DNA of 57,769 nt, the filler included, from Catajapyx aquilonaris (taxonomy: Eukaryota): NCBI GenBank assembly GCA_000934665.2. It is 3 parts of 3 records of this genome, joined end to end, with 100 filler letters (N's around TTAATTAATTAA, not from the genome) between each part and the next. Parts side by side here need not be neighbours in the genome. Positions count along the whole stretch, not along the records: positions 1 to 19,169 come from JYFJ02006523.1; 2 more parts are not named here. The stretch is one strand, 5' to 3'. The notes under the pieces were generated by a model, which saw only the letters and a program-made list of their open reading frames with translations, was not told where the DNA came from and ran no database searches. Every line of letters starts with the position of its first letter. Position 1 is the first letter of the stretch. Made by a program: the position numbers and the translations under genes. Below are positions 1 to 13,782 of the stretch, piece by piece.

Positions 1-185
1 AGTGTAGTGCAATACTGCAAATGTACTGCTAAGTTAGCAGTAACTCGTAGTACGACGAAAATTCCACCGTTCGAAATTAAATAGTAAGTTAGTCACCAGT
101 TATTTTCACTCATTTGCCAAGAACAGGGCCGTTTCGAGACCCGTCCGCGTGAGAGTGCTAGCGCCGCGTCCGATACGGTACCGTA

Positions 186-385
186 TTGGGTAGTGTGACG
201 TCACGAAATGGACGCCTGTTTCCAAGCCTGGTAAGCCCTGGGGTTGGAACGCGGAGTCGACTCAACCCCGCGGATGTTCGACATTATGCATACGGATCGG
301 ACTCAACCCCGGGGTTAACCCCAACCCGCTCTCAACCCGGGGTTACTCAACCCCGGGTTGAGAATGTCCATTATGAATACGGGCC
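186..385. mobile_element. Right end of a PIF/Harbinger-like MITE in a POLRMT intron (left end not seen)
   Basis: Repeated subterminal CAACCCCGGG(G)TT palindromic units, ending ...TTATGAATACGGGCC followed by TTA. This terminus and 3-bp flank resemble Harbinger MITEs. No partner TIR is in the window; start coordinate is approximate. Confidence 0.45.
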
Positions 386-537
386 TTAATCTGAGTTGAG
401 GGTCTGTAAAACTGAAAATTCATGCTGCCTTGCTTGAAATGATTTGTCTTCTCATATGTGTACTCATTTAGTTATGATTTAAACAGGCGTGAAGTTTTCA
501 AAATGTACTGTTCACTTTCACATGCATTTTATTTCAG

Positions 538-2541
538 TTTCGAGACAAAATACTGTGGTTTCCACATAACCTGGACTTTCGAGGACGAGTTTATCCATGC
601 CCACCCCATTTGAATCACCTTGGAGCTGATGTTTCTCGTGCCATCTTGGTATTTGCCAAGAAAGAGCCTTTGGGGCCTGATGGTCTAAAATGGCTGAAGA
701 TCCACATCGTCAATCTCACTGGCCTCAAGAAAAAGGAATCTTTGTCTGCACGCCTTGCCTATGCTGAAAAATTGATGCCCCTCATTCTCGACTCTGCTGA
801 TAATCCACTGTCGGGCAAGATGTGGTGGGCAACTTCAGAAGAGCCATGGCAAACTCTGGCCTGCTGCATGGAGATTGCAAAGGCAGTGAGATCACCTGAT
901 CCTGAGAAGTACGAATGTAGTTTCCCAGTTCACCAGGATGGAAGTTGCAATGGTCTGCAGCATTATGCAGCTCTAGGAAGGGATGAGGCAGGGGCATTTA
1001 GCGTGAATTTGATGCCAGCTGATGTCCCTCAGGATGTGTACAACAGTGTGGCAGTTTTGGTCAGTGCAATTTATGTTCCGTAAAATTATCAAGACTAACA
1101 TGTTCACACTGGGGAAATGCTATAGTAGTTTGCTACTGACGTTTTCATCCATATTATGGTTGATCCAGGGTTGATCTGTCTATCTCAGATTTTGTATAAG
1201 CTTAGATTTTGTGTAAGCTTAGATTATAGGGAACATGTTTTACGAAATAACTTACTTAATGAATTGATGCCAAATTAATTTTCTTTTAAAGGTTGAGCGC
1301 CAGAGGAGAAAAGACGCAGCAGATGGAGTGAAGATAGCACAGATTCTGGAAGGGTTTGTAAGGCGTAAAGTGATCAAGCAGACGGTGATGACAACTGTGT
1401 ATGGAGTCACTCGTTTTGGCGCCCGCCTGCAGATTGTCCGCCAGCTGAAGGATATACCAGACTTTCCCAAAGAATATATGTGGCAGGGATCTATGTACCT
1501 TGTAGCAAAGACATTTGACAGCTTGCAGGAGATGTTCACTACTACCAAGGAAATTCAGGACTGGTTCACTGAATGTGCCAGGGTTATCTCTCAAGTTTGT
1601 GGCCAAAATGTTGAATGGATAACACCCCTAGGCCTGCCTGTAGTTCAGCCTTACCACCGCCCACACAAGAAGGTTGACCAGCAGGAGTTAGGAAGCTTCA
1701 AGCAGTTACTAGTCATGGACACTTATGAGTGAGTTGTATGTGGTCAGTGTGTGTTGCATGAGCTGGTTTTGTACAGGGTGTTTCTTACTGGTATATAATC
1801 TGACTGGCAACATGCCCATTGGCCCAAAGCAAATCAAAAATATAGGAAACCCACCTCAACATTTTTCACCCCCACACTTTTGACTTGGGGTTGAGGAATG
1901 TGCTTCTTGCTGGACAACTATTAGCGAGAAACACCCTGCATACATGACACTGTCTTGCTTGTTGTTATGGCATACCAGTAGGTTATATTACTATACGAGT
2001 AAAGAATGAAATTGTTACCTTTTTCAGGCGTCCCAATGTGATGAAACAGAAGAATGCATTTCCACCTAACTTCATCCATTCCCTGGATTCAACTCACATG
2101 ATGCTAACCTCACTCTTTTGTCAGGCAGCTGGGATAACTTTTGTATCTGTTCACGACTGCTACTGGACACATCCATCAACTGTTGACATCATGAATAAGG
2201 TAGGGTAGCTACTTGATAAAATCCACCACATAACCTGAAACTGAATTATTGGGCTTTTCAGAATTGCCGAGCACAGTTTGTTTCACTGCATTCTGAGCCC
2301 ATTTTGGAAGACTTGTCTGAGTACATGGTGAAGAAGTATGGCTATATTCCCAGGTAATTTCAATGTCAGTGTATTTTTTTCACATTTAATAACTTTGATA
2401 TCTCCTTCCAGGGATTTGGCATTTGATGGTTCCAGTCTGGATGCTAGCAAACTGCGCCTGAATCAAATATTAAGACAAGTTCCACAGAAAGGCTACTTGG
2501 ATCTATCTGATGTGCTGGATTCTGTGTACTTTTTTAGTTAA
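538..2541 (+). CDS. POLRMT: Mitochondrial DNA-directed RNA polymerase (T7-like), last five coding exons
   Basis: GT-AG exons 538-1059, 1292-1728, 2028-2199, 2262-2353 and 2412-2541 splice in frame. They encode WFPHNLDFRGRVYP, motif A QDGSCNGLQHYAALGRD, motif B RKVIKQTVMTTVYG, NAFPPNFIHSLDSTHMM, motif C VHDCYWTH and the C-terminal YFFS*. Confidence 0.97.
1774..1938. mobile_element. Small Tc1/mariner-type MITE in a POLRMT intron
   Basis: TA-CAGGGTGTTTCT ... AGAAACACCCTG terminal inverted repeats. The same CAGGGTG terminus occurs at 29347, 31242 and 55236. Confidence 0.6.
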
Positions 2542-2744
2542 GCAGAATATCAAGGGAAACTAGTCATGAGAGGTAAGAGTGTATGCAGAAAGTATAGCAT
2601 TTGATTAGTGACAGTAATTGCAAATCATGTGTCTTGCAAGTGATGAGCTGTAACAGCTTAGGATATGACTGCAGTTTTTTCATAGAACATTTTGTTGTTG
2701 TACAGTAATATATATTGCAAATTTAGTGTTAATTCTGTTTTCAG

Positions 2745-2750
2745 AATAAA
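2745..2750 (+). promoter_or_regulatory. Candidate polyadenylation signal of POLRMT
   Basis: AATAAA about 200 nt after the stop codon, followed by T-rich sequence. Confidence 0.45.
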
Positions 2751-5047
2751 CAGTCTTTTTATACCAGGCAATTTGTGTATCATTGTTGAACTGAATTGCA
2801 TTTTCTGGTTTGTGGCATCACACTCGCAAAGTGATAATGGAGATTCCTATGCAGTTGCATGTCTTGTTGGGGGTGACATGTGCATCAAAACCCCAGAAAT
2901 GACCCCATCTTGTGCAATTGGTATTGGACTATTCAAGTTGTATTCATGTCTCAATACTTCGACATCAAGACTGGTAGAATGAGAGCACAAAACAAAGGCA
3001 TTCTACCATGCAGTACTTTCATTTTTATATGGTATTTTGGCCACATTCCACAATATATGGTATACTAGCAGCAGAGTCCGTTCTTCGCAGGGCCATATTT
3101 CCACATATGGTATGAAAGTCCATGCCAGAATTGTCGAAGACCGGAAAATCCTAAATTTTAGTCAATTAGACTCAAGAAAGTGCAGTTTTCGGACTTTACC
3201 CTGAATCGGGGACACGTAAATCATGAGTGTGCCAGGGGGGCCGTTCTTCGCATGAGGATTGAAAAATGAAAGAAGTTTGTAAAACCTGCATATACTGTGA
3301 GCTAAGTCAGAGGGAGTGTAAATGCTCTGTACTCATGGGAGTGATGGCTTCAAACATGTCACATGAGCAATACCGAATAAGGGTGTGCAGTGCCAGTATT
3401 TCATGAAATTATGTGATGTATTAAATCTGACAGATAGTTGCTGTACAGTACCTAATACATCAATGTTCTTGAAATTATAAAATATAAATGGAGCCTTGTG
3501 TCCATTTTTGAAATGTGATCAAAAAGTCCCATAATAATTTTCGAATACGAAGGGCAAACATGGTCCGTAGTTAGCAGATTACTGTATGGTACGTCTAAAC
3601 CTGCAGACCACAGCACAACACGACAAAGACAAACAGACGACAATTCCGAATCCCGATTCTGCGCCTAACTCTGATGCATGTCTTTCGATGCAGGCATCCC
3701 TGATGGGGGGGTGCCGAAGAATATTGCAAAGCTCCTTAATATTTACCTAATGGTCTTTCTTACTGGGCCATTTCCACTGACAAATAAACTACCTCTGTTG
3801 CAGTGACATGATACTGTATGTAATCTGATAATAATGATTCTATTGACAGTAAGTTACTTGAGGGCATGATAAGTTACACGAATATAATCGGGATTGATTT
3901 TTTCAGTGATATTCCAGATGACATATTCAAAAGAAGTTATCCCTCAGTGTATTGTTGTGCCTAAATATGTTTAAATTTATGTTCTCTTGTCAACCACTTT
4001 CATAACCCTCTTGCTGATTATTGCATTGTCACATTATCAAGCACACTGTCATCTGTTGGCCTTTTGTCACGTTGTGATTCTTTTTTCTCCGTATACCACA
4101 ATTTCTGGGATCATGTGATCTCCCTTCCTGGCAATATTGTCTTGCTGCCTTTACACCAGTGCTTCCCAGTCTTTCTCGTTGGTTACCCCAAAAAATCGCC
4201 TCGTGAAAAGTGAAATTCGCAACCCCNCCCCCCAACGTTCACATTTTGATCCCCCAACATGAAAAGACAGGTAAACAGTGAAATGAAAAGTATTTTAAAC
4301 TATTGTAGAGTAGCTGAATAATAATATTGTTCTGTAACTTACATTATGATGAGCATAATATTCAAGAGAGAAAGAATCATTTTGTGAAAATAATTTGTTA
4401 CCCTCCCTCCCAACTCCAAAATATTATGTTTGGGAAGTTTGGCCAGTTTGGGAAGGTTTGGGAATTTACACAGAAGGTTCGATGATCGAATCCGGTCAAA
4501 TCCATGTAGGACCTGACAGTGTAAAGCCCATCCTGTTTTTGCTGCCCGTTCTGCTACAATACCAACAACAACCTCTGCCAATGGTGCCAACTGGCCAACA
4601 GTGAGGGAGGGTAGAAGTGTCATGGTAACAGTGGGCAACAATATGGAAAACCATTTGGGGCATTTAGACTCCAAAAAGTGCGGGTCTGGGACTTTTTCTG
4701 GACTACACATAAGACATGGATGTGACCAGTTTGGGAGCTCTCGGAACTCGGGAAGTTGGTTAAAACGGCGTGACATACACCATCCATAATCAACAAATTC
4801 TATTTTGTATATGAGGATGTTGACATGATTTCATGTGCAGTTGGATCAACAAACCACATCATTGTTCTCCTGAAAATAAAATCACTTGGAACAATTTGTA
4901 TTATGCTCGACAACATTCCTAAACTAGAGACACTTGAATTTTGCCAACAGCAGATTGTGGCTATTATTCTGAGGCAAAAGCAATATCAGAATCTGCAGTG
5001 AAGTTGACACTGACAAACAGGACAAGAATTCCAGCTGAAAGACTGAC

Positions 5048-5049
<2 letters not shown>

Positions 5050-5112
<63 letters not shown>

Positions 5113-5284
5113 TGTTGGGTTAGTGCTCACCCAGATGGTATTTGCACGGACCTTTATTTCAATCGAAGTATACATGGTGCCATATTCGAAGCGCCCGGGG
5201 CCACGGGCAGGATGACAGGAGGGGATGTGCAAGTGCAGTGCAGTAACGGTGCTTGGTCGTTTTGTGAACTCCCCCGGGTGGTTT
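5050..5284 (-). mobile_element. Short retroposon (SINE or 5'-truncated LINE) with (TTA)n tail
   Basis: Flanked by an exact 17-bp direct repeat AGCTGAAAGACTGACAT (5033-5049 and 5285-5301). The (ATA)n tract at about 5050-5112 is the 3' tail on the minus strand. Confidence 0.85.
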
Positions 5285-5580
5285 AGCTGAAAGACTGACA
5301 TCAGTTCACACTGGATGGTGAAGAGGATAATCCATCCGCCTCTGTGACTTCACTTTCAAGTTTCAAGTGGAATTATAATGTTGAAAACCCAGTTGTATGG
5401 TCTTTCCAGTGATGTGTGTAAACTCATGGCCAAGATTGAATGTAAGGTGACAGGAACAAAACAATATAAATTACTGGCCACAAGATTTTTATCGACCTCA
5501 ATGTGAGCTAACTTATGAAACGTGTTATATTGGGAAACCATAATGTGTGGGGAATAATTTGAATTGAAATGCTTGCAAAT

Positions 5581-6474
5581 TTGATATGTGCCGTGCAGGT
5601 GCAGTATTGAAAATGAATGGGGTTTCGAAGAACACGGTTTTGCTCCTCTAATCGCTGTCTAATTGCTCCTCTAATCGCCTAACATAATTATATTGGCTTA
5701 AAAAAGGTTTACTGCTAAAAATAGGTGCAGGTGGGACCTGTGTGTGACCTGTGACCCAGTGGCATGACCCCTCTCGTGACATTTGAATTATTGACTGCTT
5801 CTAAACCAAGGAACGTTTGAAGGAACGGACCGAATCATGACATCACAGGGCAAGATGGCAGAAAATGCTGGGAAGGAAGAAATTCACTAATTATCCGCAG
5901 ATCACCACAGAAACGATGCTGATTCATGAAGCCGGATAGTGACACGCAAAACATCCTCCGCAATATCCGGACATCCCGACATTAATTCCAGGCAGTGGTA
6001 AGTCCCAGCGATTATTTTTTTTCCCTCCACTAATATGCTGGCAACATGACTCATGTCAGCTGATTGTCAGCAGTGGCCACATGACTTTATTATTGCATCC
6101 AAGGTCCAGCCTTAATTTTTTCCTCTCCTATCTGCACATCTGGTATGGCGGTGTTTTGATTTGTGGCTGCAGGGACATCATGATGTGCTGTTGCATAGAT
6201 TGGGCCAAGGCTCTGGGAGAGTCAGCTGTGGAATTAAGCGTTGTGGCGTTTGGAGGGCATCAATGTTGACTGAAAACAAACTAAGTGACACTCAATGACC
6301 ACTGAATAAGTGAGTATATCAAGAGGGCTGCTAATAAATTTTTTTTGCCAAGTAATCAGATGCCAGCTGTTTGATAATTACCCGATATCTAAAAGGGTGT
6401 TTTTGCTGATTTGATATGTGCCGTGCAGGTGCAGTATTTAACATGAAGGGGGTTTCAAAGAACACGGTTTTGCT
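5581..6474 (+). repeat. Imperfect ~64-bp direct repeat pair (5581-5644 and 6411-6474)
   Basis: TTGATATGTGCCGTGCAGGTGCAGTATT...GAACACGGTTTTGCT occurs twice with a few substitutions. Confidence 0.75.
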
Positions 6475-6861
6475 TTATAATCTGATGTGAATTAATTTCC
6501 ATGCTAAGGTCATAATGACCTCAGTAAGGCAAAAAATGTGCTGACAACTTGATGTGACAGGTGCATTTTATGGAGCCAATTTTCCTGACTGCTTCAATGC
6601 TCTGCTCTGGTTCAGGGCTAGTCTTTTCATACCAGTCCATAGGCTATACTGTGCCAAGTACTAACTTGTACACCAAGCCAAGTACCATGTACCATGGACA
6701 GGCCAATGGAAGTCCAAGGGATTTGTTCCAAACTAACCAGGAAACCTATGAACATTGATACATATTTAACTGTGGGAATACAGACTAGCAAGCAAATGCT
6801 CAGTGTGAAATCAACAACTATTACTCTTGCAAAAAAATTGCAGTTTATGTAGAAATAGCGT

Positions 6862-7152
6862 TTAACTCTGGAACCGTGACGTGGAGTCTTTTAGGACTCC
6901 AAAGGCATTAAAATACATTTAAATGAAAATTACAATGAACTGTTGCCATTTAAAAAAGTATATAACAGGAAGTGCATGTTTATTTTGAATTAGTGATCAT
7001 TTTAGGCATTGTACAAAGAATGATTGCATGTAGTCAATACATTGAAAAGTATTGTATAAAAATTAATAAAAATAAAAATCTGGATGGGGTCCTAAAAGAT
7101 ACCGACGTCACAGTTAACGTAACTTTCAGGCATGTCATGGTTCCAGGGTTAA
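6862..7152. mobile_element. piggyBac-type MITE (TTAA target)
   Basis: TTAA-CTCTGGAACCGTGAC ... GTCATGGTTCCAGGG-TTAA, plus an internal inverted pair (TTTTAGGACTCC / GGGGTCCTAAAA). Confidence 0.75.
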
Positions 7153-7505
7153 TAGGGAAGTATTGAAGTAGTTACCATATTTGACAGATGTTGTGTGGTA
7201 CCATAGATAGCTGGAGGTGTTTGCAATATTGATATTGGTTTATGCAAAGTGGAACCAATGATTTACCGTACAGAATTTGTTCGTGAGGGATGACAGTAAG
7301 CTCATTATATCCTCCAGGACCTACGTGATTTGTAGCCAACACTGAACACATTTTTCAGGGGTATGTCACACTGCTTGCATGTTGTGGGTTGATCCATATT
7401 CCCAGCAACCCTGCTGTTACATGTCTCTAACTTGTAAGTTAAGTAGTTTTACGTGGTTACATGTAAATGATAGGTAGGCTACTTTTGAAGCTGCAGTGAT
7501 AATGA

Positions 7506-7761
7506 TTTGCGGGGTGTGGTGGAAAAAGGTGATAACCCACAAAAGTGTAATTTTTCAGGAATGCGAATTGAAGTTTGCATTCTCTTAACAAATCATAGTG
7601 AATGCGGGTTTTGATCTAGTCCTTGTGGCCATCTTGTGCATGATACGTGAACATGGAGTATACCATACTACTGTTTGTCATGTCTTTTACATTGCTAGTT
7701 GTTCAGGTCAGAAATGACAAAAATGAGGGTTATCACCTTTTTTCACCACACCCCTCATTTG
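7506..7761. mobile_element. MITE; second family member at 35897-36152
   Basis: Terminal inverted repeats GGGGTGTGGTGGAAAAAGGTGATAACCC ... GGGTTATCACCTTTTTTCACCACACCCC. A homologous copy lies in opposite orientation in segment 2. Confidence 0.8.
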
Positions 7762-8499
7762 TGGTCATTGAAATTGTATCAGAATACACATTATACTTTA
7801 TGGACTTTGACACTTTGAAGACTGTATTTTCTAGACAAATATGCCAGTTATCACTGTCATGTCTCAAGGTCTCCCTCAATGCTTATATAGAAATTTTAAT
7901 ATTGCTTTGACATTTGAAAATTGGAGTACATCTGTACATCTGGAGATTATGATGAGTCTTTTTGATGGGTTTTGTCTCTCTCTTGATGTTACAAGTACTG
8001 TACTCTATGTATTCATTTCCCTGCTTGACCAGAGCTATGAGAGAGTCTGGTGCCTTGTGAGAGTCTAAGCCAACTACAAAAATAATATCAAATCAGGAAC
8101 TATTTTAAATACATCAGCACACTGTCATAGGATGATGAAAGTAAGTAGATGCACAAAGAAATATACATATTTAAGTTGAGGTGATAAGAAATTTGTTATT
8201 TTCCTGGAAGGGCTTTACCCCTATAATCACTACTGCAATAAGAATGGAAATGTTTGGTGCAAATGTTTTGACACCGACGAGTGACTCCTTGTAGTTAATA
8301 TTTGCAAAAAGTCACTTGATTAGGTTAGGGATGGTTAAATCATGATCCTGCAGAAAGCAACATTTATAGCAGATTGGCACAGGAAACAGGTTGGTTTCCT
8401 CTCAATTATTAATTATTTATGCTTAATTAAAAGAAAACTGCAGTGAAATATGTGGACTAGAGGACATGCACATTATTATTAGGAGTTGAAGTGATCAGT

Positions 8500-8629
8500 T
8501 TAACCTCCTGAGACCCGGAGTACAGTATACTGTACCTTTGTTTTTGTTTTTTTACGCGTTTGAGTTAGTCAGAAGGTGCTGGAAAAAACAAAGGTACAGT
8601 ATACTGTACCAGGGGTCTCAGGAGGTTAA
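8500..8629. mobile_element. 130-bp piggyBac-type hairpin MITE
   Basis: TTAA-CCTCCTGAGACCC..GTACAGTATACTGTACCTTTG ... CAAAGGTACAGTATACTGTAC..GGGTCTCAGGAGG-TTAA; near-perfect foldback with TTAA flanks. Confidence 0.85.
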
Positions 8630-11600
8630 AGGTGAAATATGGAAGAACTCTGTGTTCATCCTAGAGTTACATGTGGAAAAACCATTGACGAAAATATTTT
8701 GTACAGTCTGATAATTATCTTGATAAGACATACCAGAAAGGGATGTGATTTGCATTCTTCAAGCTATGCATGGCATTTACTAATTAGTAGGGTTAGGTGC
8801 CATTCTGTAGGCGCTCATACATAGTAGTGCCTTACTCTAATTGGCCACAATTGAATAATGAACATTACTGTGCAAGATCCCAGGACATATTTTTACACTC
8901 GCACATATTGTTCTGCATACTTAAGTAATTGTTAATGAGCATATTGACACCTGCCAACTGTTAACAGATCAGTTATTAACAATGTATTTACCTTTAAATC
9001 AGAAGTAACTGTTGTACCAGCAGACTGCTCTGAAGCTATACTATGCCATTTTTACACTCTTTGTTAATGCAAGATAAGATTAGGGTCTTGTGTGGGCGTA
9101 TCAACGATGAAGGGTTTGGTGCGATTTATATATGGTGCATGTGGTGCAAAGTGTCACTTGAGAACTCATAGATCAATTTTTGTACCAGATGGTGAAATTG
9201 TGCCCCTTTTTTGCAACCTGACCTGATTGAGGCTACAGTTTCCAATTGGGATTTTCTCCTATTCTCTCTATGATCTAATATACTGTGTGATCCCTAGGCT
9301 CAGAAATCGGGCAAGCATTGTTACCAAGCGATAATTACGTTCAAGGGTCAAGGTCTATATATGGGATATCGATTTGGGTGCTAGACAGCATTGGGACACT
9401 TTCTGGCCTTTCATGGGGATTCGGTGTGTTCCCCCATCCTATTGATCCTTCGGAAAACTAAATCTCATTCCCTTTTAATCTCCTTATAGAGCGCATTCTA
9501 CCGCGAAAACGTATGTCTGACCAAGTCCATTCTCTCAGCCCATTTTACCAATGTTGTAAATATTCGCTCTTACCCCCCATTTTCGGCAGTCGACTTGTCC
9601 AACGTCGAATTTATATGTGCTGGAGAGTGTCAGTTGGCGCATTTTCGCTGCCAGATTCATTTCCTCGGCAGCAGTTCATTTAGAGAGGATTCCGATGTCA
9701 CCCCCAGGGCCAACTTCCCAACTTGATTTTCAGCCGATAGCTTTTAGCAGAAACTTTTTTGGGGGGATGCCGTCTCTCGATCCCACCCTTTGCGGCTGTA
9801 AATGCGAGAAATCGCTGTTGTAGGAAATGCGCATTAGGATACAGGTGCATTAGGGTGAAAGGATTTCCAGGAGAAGCAAGGGAAATACATCTACCTCTTG
9901 ACTGTTATGTGTGAGCCTGAAGGTGGATCTACAGTACAGTCTGGTTGACTTGATTTTAAATAAAGAGGCACAGTTTTTGTTCTTGCTTATATATGAGAAT
10001 GTACCTTGACAAGGGGAGCGTTCACCTAGGGTAATGAAGCTGCATGACGTACCTTGTTTACCAGGTGTGACGTAAATTGGATCCCAGCATGTAACTCAAT
10101 TCCCAGGGATGAACGGTCCCTGAACCTCTCACTTTAAAAATTAACAACATTTTTTTCCGGGGTAAAGGACCTTTCTAATTTCAGAGGTAATTTTGTATCC
10201 GGCAGGACCACCGCATGGTTAGTCGGGTCCGGGCCATATTTAGCCCAGGGCCGAGTTCGGCTGTCTCGACAGGTCCCGCAGTTTGTGTCTCCTGTCGGTA
10301 CTTCTTTCATTGAATATTCATGTCGCCAGTTCCCAAGTTGACAAAGGAGTTGGCCATCTGGATTCAGCATGCTACTCCTGGGCTAGGGTTATTGGCCCTC
10401 ATTCGGCAGAAGGGCAGGGAACCGAATCAATGAAGCAGGTGCGCTATTGCTGTACTTGTGCAGGAGCCGGTCTGTCTAAACAACCCATGCTCAAATAAGC
10501 GGTTTGAGTAATTAAATTCAAAGGGCGGATCAGTCATCCGCAATTTCACCCAACGAATCATCATTTTTCTGGAGGAAAGATGATGCACCCGGTACTTCAT
10601 TGCGATCCATAAATTCTGGAAAAGCCAGGTCGTTTCCTCCTTTAAAAATTGCACTAGATTTCGCGAAATTAGAAAAGGGCGGAATCCAATCTGCAGGTGC
10701 GCTTGTTCCACGTCGTCCTGGTATTATATTTAGCACTCTATCACGCTTCTTGCGGAACCGATATAAAAAATGAGTCTGAATTCGCAGTGTGGCTTCCCAG
10801 ATGGAATTCTCGTGTTAGCACCAATTACGGAACACTCTGGGTTAAAGACCTTGAATGCGAGACAGTTTGAAAGTGTCCAACAGACTGCGTATTTGCTACC
10901 ACTGCATCAAAATATGGACCAAAAAGGCAATGCTCGTATCGAACGTGAGCGCTATATTTGAGATGGCAAACATTGGGCATCGATTTAACTACACCGAATT
11001 TGTGATGATTCAGATCACCATATTTTGTGTACTGTCAGTGGAAGGTTGACCATGCGACGTGGCACTACTAAACTGAACCGAGAAATGTTGGGAGTGAAAA
11101 TGTGGTTATCCTGACTGTTCGAGGCAAAAAGCGAGACACTCCGGTTGGCCAGGTAGCCTACTTTCCAGGATATTATTTTGTGCTCTTGGTTATTTTTGTA
11201 AATTTAATTTGTTGGATTCTAGTCGATAAGCGGGACTTTACCAATACAGTCAATTGCAATAATTTAGCAATCCAACTCTTAATTACTTATCATCCACCAA
11301 CTAAAGACAGACAAATTGTTCAAAAAGAGCTCACAAATTATTCACAAATTCTAGTATTTATAGCGTTAAAAATAATTCAAATCAAATATTCAGTTAACGA
11401 ACTCCTAGACATAACATCATTAAGTGTTGTGAACACATTCGTAGATTTTGTTTGAAAAAATTTTCGTGCGTACAACCAGGTAGGTTGTGCATTTGGATGG
11501 GTCATACAATTCTGTGCAATCGTGCGCTATCAACAGTTTGCGTCGGCGTTAATGCGGCACTTTCGGTGGTAAAAGCCCTCGGGAGGAGACAAACTTGATT

Positions 11601-13682
11601 AATGCAGCCATACGCGAATGATATGCGTGGGTGACGCGTCCTCAAGTGACATTAGTCCAAGTGGAGATTGTGGGGGCGTTGTTCTTGCTTGCATCAGTCG
11701 GATGCAGGGGCCAAGCTAAAATGTACCCCACCCCTTCTCCGTGTGTCCCCCCCCCCTCCCCCCTTTTCCCTTCTATCCTGGCGCTATTGATTAGTGCATG
11801 CAGCTCCACTACTATGTGGGTGGTATCGATTTTGCCAGGACTATGTAAACGGAGTTTTCAGAGAAGGAAAGGAGGGGTGGGTTGAGTTCTTGCGCGCATG
11901 TCTTGACGCAACCGACATTTTCCGACAATGGTACCAGACCGTTGACCGCAAACCGCACCGAAAACGAGCACCATAAAACTGGGGGGGAAATAATCCTCAG
12001 GAGCAATTGGAGGCAATACATGTGCGGATACCCTTGTCTAGGTCAATTCGGGTCACACCCTGTACCAAAAATCAAAGATTGTTCTGGAAATGCGTCATAC
12101 TCCCCCATCTACCCCCCTGGTTTTGACCACAACCCAGGGCGCATGACGGTGACGTCACGCAGCCATTGACGGCGGTGGGCCAAGCTCGACGTCGACATAT
12201 TCCAGTGGTAGCAATTCTCCAGCCTTGCTAAAATCTGGTCTTTGTACGGTGTGGTATTGTTGCTACAGACGGTGACAATGCGGTGGGGGACGTGTCCGAC
12301 GGTGACAGTGTGATCGGAGGGGGACTCGGAAGGGGCCAGCCTTTTAAAGGGGGTCGAAGAGGACGTCGGGTGCCCCCCCAACCTTCGACCATCATCGACG
12401 TCGGGCCAGTGTGTGGCGCGCAAGTTTTTGCTACAGGTTAGGTCAATTCCAACCTGTGAATCCAGGATTGTGGATATATGTGATCAATGTGGGCTAATTA
12501 ATACGTACCTGATATGGCCAAATTAAAGCTTAATTAAATTCTCCAACTCACTATGTTAACATTGATTGCTGCTCATTGGGACGCCAGCATTATTACACAA
12601 CAATGTAGATACCATGCTGTTTGTGACGTCAAGTAATTTCGGGATGCAGTAAACCTGGGGAGCCACGACTGACGTGTGAAATTTTCCAGGGCAGTTAGTA
12701 GTTTTTTTTTGCCCGAAGCAACCTGTAGCAGTTGCCGCAGAGTGTTTCCCGAAGCTGCCTGTGCTCTGGAGTCGCCATGACAACGTGCAGCTACTGAAAT
12801 AGATCCTCTTTGCCTCATGCAGAGGCTGACCATTATTTTTATGACTCCATAGCACCGTATTTGGTGCGAGGTCATTCAACTGACCCTGCACTTTTTTTCT
12901 TTATTTATTTTTACGTGATGGTTAGACCAGCAAGAAAAGTAGGGGATTAACCGAATTTATGTGCCTTTTTGTGTTCACAAGGAGTATACGAACGGCCTGT
13001 TACAGGGTGAGCATATGAAGCAGATTTCGGGTTTTAGAACTGCATAGTAGGAGCTTTGACGGACATGCAGAGTCGATGCTTAATTTAAAGCTGCAACAAC
13101 ATACTGGGGCTATGTGATATGGAGGCGCTTTTGCTATTCTTTCGCGTGCCAACGAGCACAACTCGTGTTTCTCTTGTCGACGGAATCAGATTTCAATGTT
13201 GACGCTTATATCTGTCCAAATTCGCCAGTGTAAAAATGACCATATGCTGATCCACACCTGACATAATTTTGCAACCTGTAATATATAGACGAAGTGATGA
13301 AGACACCATCTAATGTATCTGCAAATAGGAAATGGAGCCAATCAACGTGATGCATGTGACGTGTACAATCACTTAGTGCATGTGTGACGTAGGGACGCTG
13401 AACTCTTTCTCTTGAGGTTGCGCAAAAAAGGCCATGCATACGTAACCGTATTGATCGAGTGTCCGTTTCATGCCCATTCCAGTGCATGTGAATGTGTGTG
13501 TCCCGATTCCATTACTAATTCAACTGATACCGAGCCCAAATTGACGCAACCTTTGAACCCAATTTTTTTGACGCCTTGCCTTATTTTCAGTATGGAATGT
13601 ACACAATATGATAAGGCATGATTTATGGAATTTAACCGTCACTTTCTCTGTTGCAGACAAAACCACCTGAGGCCAGCTCAAG

Positions 13683-13782
13683 ATGTCTTCGGTGAAGGTA
13701 GCAGTGAGGGTACGTCCCTTCAACAACCGGGAGATATCCCGGGAATGCAAGTGCATAATAGAAATGACAGGAAACACGACCA
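13683..13782 (+). CDS. unc-104: Kinesin-3 unc-104/KIF1A, first coding exon (not in the ORF track)
   Basis: ATG at 13683 gives [33 protein letters not shown], then a phase-1 GTAAGT donor. The acceptor TTTCTCTGTTGCAG ends at 13656, so the exon starts at 13657. Matches the conserved unc-104/KIF1 motor N-terminus. No downstream exon was recognised before the gap. Confidence 0.92.

Noticed and set aside
538..2541. T7-like RNA polymerase as a phage or plasmid insertion
   Set aside because: Spliceosomal GT-AG introns and metazoan-type motifs (VHDCYWTH, YFFS) identify ordinary nuclear-encoded POLRMT.
4924..5301. ORF with poly-Ile and duplicated MSVFQL
   Set aside because: Translation of the (TTA)n tail and the target-site duplication.
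10427..10736. Minus-strand ORFs with RT-like words (QIGFRP, FRQTGSCTSTAIAHLLH)
   Set aside because: Only short resemblance; no following DFSKAFD, PQG or YADD motifs, so no LINE call is supported.
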